Source of the DNA: a virus
Length of the DNA stretch: 44,211 nt
Virus record (IMG/VR): IMGVR_UViG_3300032030_000149
Direction: 5' to 3' (one strand)
The notes beneath the pieces are model-generated. The model ran no database searches, had not been told where the DNA came from, and saw only the letters and a program-made list of their open reading frames with translations. Below, in pieces: positions 23,466-31,203 of the stretch. Made by a program: the position numbers and the translations under genes. How positions within the stretch are numbered: the first letter of the stretch is position 1; the number at the start of each line of letters is the position of its first letter.

Positions 23466-24824
23466 ATGATACGATTGCCTGAAATACAAGAAGCATTGTT
23501 GAATGTTGTCGGATGGCAGCAGGATTACAACCCGCAAAACCAAATCGACGATGCGTTGTGCCAGACGGAAAGCGGATTGACGTTCCAAGGTGCTCACCCA
23601 CTTTGCACTTTGGCAAACATCCGTTCGATCATGCCGGACGATTATTTGTATTATTATCCGGCATGGAATCAAATCCAAACATACAAGAAAGGAATGAAGA
23701 TTCGCCACAATGGTTTTGTTTGGATTGCAAATCACGACAATGTTGGGATTCAACCGGAAGCCAGCGACTTCAATATGGATTTCAATAATGATTTCGGTTC
23801 GGAATTGGCTGGTGCTTGGGTTAAATACAACATGCAATCAGATTTCGTGCGACAATTGACCGTTAACGGAATCAATACTGCAATCCAGACGTTCATACAG
23901 GAAAAGCAGTTGCAGCAGGAAACGCGCAACTTGCTTGAACGTAGGACGTTCTTTGACGGTGCAGCACGATTGCAGGCGACAATCGACCCGTCCGGTAAGA
24001 TCGTCGGTTTCGAGATCGTACCTGTCCGTTCCATGGGAGTAACGACGAAGATTGAAAGAATCGGTTTGCAAATGGTAGGAGCCACCGGTAAGGTCCATTT
24101 GTATTTGTTCCATTCATCGCAAGTTGAACCAACGCATAAGATTGACTTGGATTTCACGAATACCAACGGCGGTTTCCAATGGTTCACGCCTTCGGAGCCG
24201 ATCTATCTTCCGTACATTCCCGGAACAGATGGCAATGGCAACGATTCTGGTGGTGCATGGTTCCTGTGTTACAGCCAGAACGAATTGCCGTTGGGGATGC
24301 AAGCATTGAATGTGTCTAAGGATTGGTCCGTTGAACCATGCCAGGCGTGTATTGGCGGTTCGATAGAATCATGGCGACAAATGACAAAGTATTTGCAGGT
24401 ATCCCCGTTCTGCATCAATGCGCCGGCTGACTTCGTTGAGTACCATGAAATGTTCGACATCGGACAACTCGCATATACCAATACGATGAATTACGGATTG
24501 AATGTTGAAATTTCGGTGGGTTGCGACCTTACTGATTTCATCATTTCACAGCGTCATATTTTCGCAACGGTAATCCAAAAGCAGGTAGCGGCCAATGTTT
24601 TGAGAACAATAGCGATGAATCCGGACGTGCGCGTCAACAGGAACCAAGTGAACGTGACGCGCGACGAACTTCTTTACGAAATCGACGGCGCTCCGCAAGG
24701 ACGCGCAACCGGTTTGGGGTATGAACTGAAACAGGCTTACAAGGCGTTGTCGATCGACACGCGCGGTTTGGACCGGATATGTTTGCAGTGCAACAACCAC
24801 GGTGTCAAGTACCGCACCGTTTAG
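23466..24824 (+). CDS. Hypothetical virion protein (452 aa)
   Basis: ORF track. It contains the SDFNMDFNNDF motif, which is also found at the C-terminus of 33728..34594. Confidence 0.7.
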   Translation: MIRLPEIQEALLNVVGWQQDYNPQNQIDDALCQTESGLTFQGAHPLCTLANIRSIMPDDYLYYYPAWNQIQTYKKGMKIRHNGFVWIANHDNVGIQPEASDFNMDFNNDFGSELAGAWVKYNMQSDFVRQLTVNGINTAIQTFIQEKQLQQETRNLLERRTFFDGAARLQATIDPSGKIVGFEIVPVRSMGVTTKIERIGLQMVGATGKVHLYLFHSSQVEPTHKIDLDFTNTNGGFQWFTPSEPIYLPYIPGTDGNGNDSGGAWFLCYSQNELPLGMQALNVSKDWSVEPCQACIGGSIESWRQMTKYLQVSPFCINAPADFVEYHEMFDIGQLAYTNTMNYGLNVEISVGCDLTDFIISQRHIFATVIQKQVAANVLRTIAMNPDVRVNRNQVNVTRDELLYEIDGAPQGRATGLGYELKQAYKALSIDTRGLDRICLQCNNHGVKYRTV

Positions 24825-24847
24825 ACAATCGAACAAAAAAACGGCGA

Positions 24848-25444
24848 ATGACGGGCGTTTGGAAAACAAATAACACTTACACGATTCCCCGAACCAAACG
24901 CCCCGAAACGCAAAAAAACGCTGAAAAAATGGGAATATTGAATGACCTACGGACACGCGTCGCAAATGTCAATGACGGATTGCAGACAGGCGAACTTGTA
25001 CGCAATACCGTTATGAGGCACCCGGAAGACATAATGGAGTTGCAAAAACAACAATTGTTTTCCGGATTGGCCTCAAATGGTCAAGACATACGCCCATATT
25101 ATAGTGAAGACTTGAAACCATCCGGATATTTCAAGAGTGCAGAATCGGCAAAACGGTATGTGGCTTGGAAGGAATCCGGTATAACATACCCGTATTCCGC
25201 CAATCGCAACCCGGATGCGCCCAACCTATACATTAACGGCCGTTTCCATGATGAACTTGGAGTTGAGTTCACTGATCAAACAGTCGGTGTTGTCGGCACG
25301 ACCGGATATGCAAAGGGGATCGTTGCGAAATACGGAATTCAAACATTTGGTTTGATGATGTCAAACTGGATGGTCGTGTTTGTCGAACGTGGAGCATACG
25401 ATGAATTGATGCGTGATATAAGAACGCTACTTTATAGTAATTGA
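24848..25444 (+). CDS. Hypothetical head-tail-module protein (198 aa; alternative start at 24929)
   Basis: This is the first ATG after the upstream stop. The track start at 24779 overlaps the previous gene by 46 nt. Confidence 0.55.
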   Translation: MTGVWKTNNTYTIPRTKRPETQKNAEKMGILNDLRTRVANVNDGLQTGELVRNTVMRHPEDIMELQKQQLFSGLASNGQDIRPYYSEDLKPSGYFKSAESAKRYVAWKESGITYPYSANRNPDAPNLYINGRFHDELGVEFTDQTVGVVGTTGYAKGIVAKYGIQTFGLMMSNWMVVFVERGAYDELMRDIRTLLYSN

Positions 25445-25495
25445 AATAGTAATGCCGTGAAACTCGGCAATGTTTAATCTCAAAATCGTTCAAAC

Positions 25496-25879
25496 ATGAA
25501 AAAAATTCTTTTTCTGATGGCAGCGTTACTGATGGTTTCTGTAGCGTTTGCCGAAAACGAAACGAAAGTTGTTCCGGAAAACGACATTGGTTATTGTGCC
25601 AATCGTGAAAGCACCACTTTCGCATCTGAAAATTATTTAATCGAGGGAGTGGAGGCACCCGCAATGCTCAACATGGAGGTGAGCGAAATTGCCGCCCGTT
25701 TCGTCTATGTTAGTTTATGCCCAATTACGATTGGCGATAATAGCATGACGTACGTTTGTTTCCTGTGGCCTTATTACTGTTTCGGTAATAACATTTCAAA
25801 TTCCATTATTCAGCAAGGTGATGTCGGCCGATGTACACGCCATAGTTCTTTTTGGTTTGCGCTGACAGAACTGATTTAA
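25496..25879 (+). CDS. Secreted small Cys-containing protein (127 aa), moron-like
   Basis: Textbook Sec signal peptide MKKILFLMAALLMVSVAFA|ENETK. It is flanked by ~50-nt and ~138-nt non-coding gaps, and the downstream gap holds a strong hairpin. Confidence 0.65.
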   Translation: MKKILFLMAALLMVSVAFAENETKVVPENDIGYCANRESTTFASENYLIEGVEAPAMLNMEVSEIAARFVYVSLCPITIGDNSMTYVCFLWPYYCFGNNISNSIIQQGDVGRCTRHSSFWFALTELI

Positions 25880-25955
25880 CGCCTATTCATCCGCGTTCGA
25901 ATAAAAAACCGATGCAGAAACACAGACTTAAAATCTGTCAGCGCATCCAATAAAA

Positions 25956-25986
25956 GTTGGGGGTGGGTTCGACACCCATCCCCAAT
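25956..25986 (+). other. 13-bp hairpin with a T-loop-like sequence (gttgggggtgggTTCGAcacccatccccaat)
   Basis: Pairs 25956-68 with 25974-86, including two G-T pairs. It has an A-rich 5' flank and only a weak T-run 3', so it is terminator-like or tRNA-minihelix-like. Confidence 0.5.
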
Positions 25987-26017
25987 AATTGTTTAAGAAA
26001 TAACAAAACCACAGAAA

Positions 26018-26605
26018 ATGAACAAAGCACCGATAATTGCCAATCCGGTAATGTTGGATGCCATTATAGGCGAGATCCAAAACGGATTGATCGAAAATAT
26101 AACATGGTTGGACGTTGCTTTTGGACGATCGCAGCGGCTGTCAAAGAACATGAACGGGAAAAAGATCGTCACACCAAACGTGTATTGTGGCGGTTGGAAC
26201 GGTCATGGCGAAAACGACTACATCGAAGTTTCGCCAGATTCGAAGATCGGAAACTTCTCATTTTTTGAAATTGAAGATCCGCAAACGATCAACGCCGGAC
26301 CTTGGGCGCGTGAGATAAAGGCTCCATTTGGTTTGATTTTTTGGCTCGACCTTACGCGCGTCTATGGAGAGGCAGACAACCGTAACACGGAGAAATTGAA
26401 AGCAGAAATCTTGCGTTGCCTTAATGGGCGTGACGGTTGGCATCTTTCGGAAGGTCGAATGATGATCAACCGCATTTACGAACGTGCCGAAAACATTTAC
26501 CGTGGCTATACATTGACAGAAATTGACAATCAGTTTTTAATGCACCCGTATTATGGTATGAGATTTGACGGGCTATTGGAATATTCAGAATTATGCTTAC
26601 AATAA
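26018..26605 (+). CDS. Hypothetical virion protein (head-tail connector or tail completion candidate), 195 aa
   Basis: Called from position only. Confidence 0.6.
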   Translation: MNKAPIIANPVMLDAIIGEIQNGLIENITWLDVAFGRSQRLSKNMNGKKIVTPNVYCGGWNGHGENDYIEVSPDSKIGNFSFFEIEDPQTINAGPWAREIKAPFGLIFWLDLTRVYGEADNRNTEKLKAEILRCLNGRDGWHLSEGRMMINRIYERAENIYRGYTLTEIDNQFLMHPYYGMRFDGLLEYSELCLQ

Positions 26606-26862
26606 TCGAATTTGCTTGCTGGGTTGCGGTCATAGCATTGACGGCCGCATTCCTGTTGTCATTGGCAACGAAATGGGGTTGGATTGAATGGTTGCAGGTA
26701 CATGCACCGAATGACTTTTTGCACAAACTTTTTTCGTGCAAGTTTTGTTGTTCATGGTGGATGTCCGTGGCAATTTCATTATCTTTGTGCGTTGCGACGC
26801 ATGATTGGTATCTGATGTTCGCACCAATTTGTACAACTACAATTACAAGGGAGTTATGGTAA
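26593..26862 (+). CDS. Small polytopic membrane protein (89 aa), DUF1360-like
   Basis: Three hydrophobic segments, and a CKFCCSWW motif reminiscent of the CxxCxxxW of DUF1360 (from memory). It overlaps both neighbouring genes. Confidence 0.55.
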   Translation: MLTIIEFACWVAVIALTAAFLLSLATKWGWIEWLQVHAPNDFLHKLFSCKFCCSWWMSVAISLSLCVATHDWYLMFAPICTTTITRELW

Positions 26863-27641
26863 CGGCAAACATAGGGAAACACAAGGTTGAGTTCTACGAC
26901 ACGATAGAGGAATTGCCGATCGTGCGTTTCCACAAGTACCAGAAACTGTTGTTGGTCGATGCCGGGGTTGGGTCAGACATATCCGCATTCGACCAACGAT
27001 TGTTAAAGGCTCGTGAATTCATAGGTGCAGGAAAGCCGGAACAAGCTCAACGGGAGTTGGAAAACCTGAGGCAATGTGTTTACATGATCCAAACAGAGTT
27101 GTCGCCGAAACACAGGGCCTTTGCCGTGTTGGTTACCAAACTTGACGGAAAGGAATGCAACGACATTGGCGACGATGCGTTGGTTGCCATCACCGCTACA
27201 TTGAATGATGTGCCGGAACAAGAATTGACCGCCCAGTTGGAAGCGGTCAAAAAAAAAATTGACGGGGAACTGATGTTGTATTTCCCGTCATTGTTCAATG
27301 ATGGGGAAGTGAAAGAGTATTACGACCTTCTGAAAAAGCGCACCTTGGAAATCTTGAACGGTATTGTGTCAGGTGTCGTTGATCCGGCTGCTTCAAAAAT
27401 CGTCTCGAAGTTAACGACCGCGCTGATCACTTATTCGAATCCGAAGTTGTTTACCGGATCGGACGGGGTGGAAATACAGTTTGAGCGGCAATACGAAAAC
27501 CTTTGTCTTGTGTTGTCAGAGCAATTGCATGTCGATCCGAAAAAATATACCGTTTTGGAGTTCTACAATGCGTTTGATTTTGTAAAGGAACGGTCGAAAC
27601 AGGCGGAAAAGGCCCAAAAACAGCCCAATTTCAAACGATAA
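26856..27641 (+). CDS. Hypothetical protein in the tail-assembly-chaperone position (261 aa)
   Basis: Lies immediately upstream of the tape measure gene. The start MVTANIG overlaps the upstream stop. It contains an A10 tract at 27249-27258. Confidence 0.55.
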   Translation: MVTANIGKHKVEFYDTIEELPIVRFHKYQKLLLVDAGVGSDISAFDQRLLKAREFIGAGKPEQAQRELENLRQCVYMIQTELSPKHRAFAVLVTKLDGKECNDIGDDALVAITATLNDVPEQELTAQLEAVKKKIDGELMLYFPSLFNDGEVKEYYDLLKKRTLEILNGIVSGVVDPAASKIVSKLTTALITYSNPKLFTGSDGVEIQFERQYENLCLVLSEQLHVDPKKYTVLEFYNAFDFVKERSKQAEKAQKQPNFKR

Positions 27642-27712
27642 CATGTTTGGATATACAATTTATCATCCGAAAAACGAAACGCCGTTATATGGCATTTTAA
27701 ACTAAAATAACA

Positions 27713-30700
27713 ATGGACAACCCGAACCCGATTTATTACCGCGATTTGATCACGCCCGACGATTCGATAACCAAGTTGTTGTCTCAATTGGACGAACTGA
27801 TAACGAAGTATGACGCTGCAAAAAGCAAGATCCAGGGTGCAGCCGCCGACATCGCGAAAGGAATGCAGAATATTTCCGGCGCGACAGAGGAACAGCGTAA
27901 GACAATACAATTGGCCACCGAACAATCTGAAAAACTCGTGGCTGAATACCGGGATGTCACGTCGGCACAATGGAAAGCGACACAGGCGTTCGCAGAAGCG
28001 GCGGCGGCGAAAAAGGAGTCAGCACAAATCGACAAACTAATTACCCAGATCAACACGTCTGCCGAAGGTTCGTATAACAAGCTGTCCGCACAATACCGAC
28101 TGAACAAGATACGGTTGAACGAAATGTCGGCCGCAGACCGCAAGGCAACGGAAGAAGGCCGAGCGTTGGAGCAGGAAACAAACGCAATCTATGAAGAGAT
28201 GAAGCGTTTGCAGGAGGCGACAGGCAAGCACCAGTTGAATGTCGGTAACTATGCGGATGCGGCAAAAGGATTGAAGACGGAGTTAACGTCGTTGATTCAA
28301 CAGATGGCCTATTTGAAGGCGCAAGGCGAAGAAAATTCAGAAGAATATCGGACAATGGCCGCGCGTGCCGGTGATTTGAAAGACGCCATGATGGACGCGC
28401 AAACAGAAGTAAAGGCGATGGCTTCCGACACACGGTCGTTGGATACCGTCATGGGTGCCGCATCTGCCGCGTCCGGTGGATTCGCAGCATATACCGGATT
28501 GACCCAATTGTTGGGTACATCTTCAGACGATGCACAGGAAATGCAGCAAAAACTCGGATCAGCAATTGCAATCGTTAGCGGTGTAACTGCAATTCAAAAC
28601 GCTTTGCAAAAGGAATCCAACCTAATGACCGGAATACGTATTATCCAGACAAAGGCCGCGACGAAAGCGGAGCAATTGGATGCAGCGGCGAAGGCAAAGA
28701 ACGCAGCGGCAACGGCAGGAGCAACGGCGGCGCAAAGAATTTTCAACCTCGTTGCTTCGGCAAATCCGTATGTGCTGTTGGCAATTGCACTTGTTACCGT
28801 TGTCGGTGCATTGATCGCTTTTGCGTCCGGTGCAAGCAAGGCGGCAAAAGAACAGACCGAATTGAACAAGGAAATGGCGGCGTATTTGGATTATTTGGAT
28901 TCCGTTTCCAAAGAGAGTGTCCGTGCGAACAATGAGACGATACAAGCGTTGGAAAACGAATTGGAAGTTGCCAAGGCCCGCAAAGCGTCACTTTCTGAAA
29001 CAAGGGCAATAGAGGATAAGATATACAACGAACGAGTCAATGCACACGGGAAACTGATGGGGTTTTATGCTGACGAATTGGCCCAAGAGGATGTGAACAG
29101 GGCCAAGTTGAAGCAGTTACAGGAATTGCTTTACCAACTTCAAGCGGCACAAGCAGCCGGGAGAAACAAGATACGTGTTGACGTTGATTTGGACGGGGAG
29201 ATTGAAAAGGTAAAGATTGACGATGCGATTGAAGCGGTGCAGGGTCAGATCGACAATTACGGCAAATCGGTACAGATTGCCGTTGATTTGAAAACTGAGG
29301 GCGCTGAAATCTCAAAAGATCGAGCAATTCAGTTGGCACATCGTAGGCAAGAGGGTCAACAGATGGCGAAAACAGAATTGGATGTCCTTCGTTCGACAAC
29401 AGACGCGAGACTGGCTTTGATTGCAGATTCATACAAGCGTGAATTGGCCATTCTCAAAGAGAATGCAGAACGTCAGATACAAGACATACAGTTGCGTTTG
29501 AAGACCGAATCAAATCTTACGCGAAAGGCTCGTACAGAGTTGAACGTGCAAATGAAATTGATCATGGACAAGTATTACCGTGACGTGCAAGATCTTCAAA
29601 ACGCATACACGGCGCGTGATCTGGCTGCAAGGAGAGAAACACAGGACATCGAGATTGCGTTGATGGAGGATGGAGCAGAAAAGCAGCGTACAGAATTGCG
29701 CGTGTCGTATGAGCGTCAAATCGAGGATTTGACAAATGCCATCGCAACACAACGTGACTTGACGGAAACCGAAATCGGAGAAATGTATAATCGCCTGTTA
29801 TTGTTGGGCGACCAGTACAGAAAGGATCTGTTGAAGTTGGAAGACCAGATCACAGCCGACCAATTGAACGTTCAGGCTGAACGAATCCAATTACAATTGG
29901 ATGCCGTCCGTGAAGGATCGCAGGAGGAAGTTGATTTGTCGATCGAACTATTGAGCAAGCGGAGGGAAATCGAATTGGCACAAAACGCACAACTTGCAGA
30001 AGACATGCGTCAAAGCGAAGCGGACATAAATAAGAAGTGGGATGCCGTAATATTGAAGCAAACAACCGAATTAACCCAAAAACGTGCGTTGATGTTGCTT
30101 GATGCTCAACAGGAATTGGCCGCGTCTGAATTTTCGTTGCTTGACAAGAACGAACGCCAAAAGACACAGTTCCAATTGCAGATGGAAAAAGAGCGTCTTC
30201 AAAAGATATTGGAGTTGGATCGGGCCGCCGGTTACAAGATGACCGAAGTTGAACGCAAAAACATTGAAAATACCATAGCTTCTATCGAGAAGCAAATTGG
30301 AAGATTGCCGTACAATAATTTGTATGAATTGCTGGGTATCGGATTGGATTCCGAGCAACAAGGCGCATTGAACACGGCAATTGATTCAATCAAAGAAGCG
30401 GTCGGCTCGTTGGTTGATTCATGGAATGCGGCCGCTGAAGCAGCCGTCAATGCGGCCAACAAACAGGTCGAGGCGGCAAAAAAGACATTGGATGCCGAAA
30501 TTGAGGCCAGAAACGCCGGTTATGCTAATGAAGTTGCAACGGCGCAAAAGGAATTAGAATTGGCACAGAAAAACCAAGAACAGGCACTTAAAGAAAAACA
30601 GAAGGCGCAAAAGGCGCAGTTGGCAATCGACAGTATCACGCAGGCATCGTCATTGGTGACGGCATCCGCCAACATCTGGTCGGCTTTAAGCGGAATACCG

Positions 30701-31198
30701 GTTGTTGGTCCGGGATTGGCTATCACTGCAATTGCGACGATGTGGGGGGCGTTCCTTGCCGCAAAGATCAAGGCGGCGCAAGTAACGACGCAAACCGAAC
30801 AATACGGCCATGGTACCGTCGAATTGCTGAATGGTGGAAGCCATGCAAGCGGAAACGACATTGATTTGGGCATGAAGCCGGACGGGACCAGACGCCGTGC
30901 GGAAGGTGGTGAATACTTCGCCATCATCAACAAGCGCAATTCGCGTCGTTATGGCCGTTTGATCCCGGAAGTGATCAATGCATTCAACGACGGGACGTTT
31001 GCGGATAAATACCAGCGTGCGAACGCAACGATGGGCAATTACGCATTCGGCATTGTCGGAGGCGGTACTGATGTTTCGGGACTTGAAAAGGATGTGGCGG
31101 CGATCCGTTCACAGGGCGACAGGAACCAATATTTCGACGGCCAAGGCAATATTATTTACGTTTACAAAAATCTTACCCGCAAGATCAGAAAAAATTAA
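27713..31198 (+). CDS. Tail tape measure protein (1161 aa)
   Basis: Very long and helix/coiled-coil rich, with an Ala/Gly-rich hydrophobic stretch (…ANPYVLLAIALVTVVGALIAFASGA…), in the canonical position. Confidence 0.85.
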   Translation: MDNPNPIYYRDLITPDDSITKLLSQLDELITKYDAAKSKIQGAAADIAKGMQNISGATEEQRKTIQLATEQSEKLVAEYRDVTSAQWKATQAFAEAAAAKKESAQIDKLITQINTSAEGSYNKLSAQYRLNKIRLNEMSAADRKATEEGRALEQETNAIYEEMKRLQEATGKHQLNVGNYADAAKGLKTELTSLIQQMAYLKAQGEENSEEYRTMAARAGDLKDAMMDAQTEVKAMASDTRSLDTVMGAASAASGGFAAYTGLTQLLGTSSDDAQEMQQKLGSAIAIVSGVTAIQNALQKESNLMTGIRIIQTKAATKAEQLDAAAKAKNAAATAGATAAQRIFNLVASANPYVLLAIALVTVVGALIAFASGASKAAKEQTELNKEMAAYLDYLDSVSKESVRANNETIQALENELEVAKARKASLSETRAIEDKIYNERVNAHGKLMGFYADELAQEDVNRAKLKQLQELLYQLQAAQAAGRNKIRVDVDLDGEIEKVKIDDAIEAVQGQIDNYGKSVQIAVDLKTEGAEISKDRAIQLAHRRQEGQQMAKTELDVLRSTTDARLALIADSYKRELAILKENAERQIQDIQLRLKTESNLTRKARTELNVQMKLIMDKYYRDVQDLQNAYTARDLAARRETQDIEIALMEDGAEKQRTELRVSYERQIEDLTNAIATQRDLTETEIGEMYNRLLLLGDQYRKDLLKLEDQITADQLNVQAERIQLQLDAVREGSQEEVDLSIELLSKRREIELAQNAQLAEDMRQSEADINKKWDAVILKQTTELTQKRALMLLDAQQELAASEFSLLDKNERQKTQFQLQMEKERLQKILELDRAAGYKMTEVERKNIENTIASIEKQIGRLPYNNLYELLGIGLDSEQQGALNTAIDSIKEAVGSLVDSWNAAAEAAVNAANKQVEAAKKTLDAEIEARNAGYANEVATAQKELELAQKNQEQALKEKQKAQKAQLAIDSITQASSLVTASANIWSALSGIPVVGPGLAITAIATMWGAFLAAKIKAAQVTTQTEQYGHGTVELLNGGSHASGNDIDLGMKPDGTRRRAEGGEYFAIINKRNSRRYGRLIPEVINAFNDGTFADKYQRANATMGNYAFGIVGGGTDVSGLEKDVAAIRSQGDRNQYFDGQGNIIYVYKNLTRKIRKN

Positions 31199-31203
31199 CC
31201 GTC

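Noticed and set aside
25890-25990. Possible tRNA gene (an anticodon-like loop reading TAA on the + strand or TTA on the - strand, the latter being a would-be ochre suppressor)
   Set aside because: I could not build a D-arm or an acceptor stem that pairs a 5' end with the 3' strand on either strand. The 'acceptor' pairs with the sequence immediately adjacent to the T-arm, giving a simple hairpin. It is kept only as a tRNA-like fragment in the findings.
26856-27712. Canonical G/GT-type -1 programmed frameshift producing an extended chaperone upstream of the tape measure gene
   Set aside because: No overlapping + strand ORF in another frame extends beyond the stop at 27641. The only slippery tract (A10) leads to immediate termination in both alternative frames.
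30800-30880. Peptidase M23-like half-motif (GGSHASGNDIDLG) near the C-terminus of the tape measure protein
   Set aside because: Only one H-x-x-x-D-like element is visible. I could not find the second HxH motif, so this is insufficient for a lytic-domain call.
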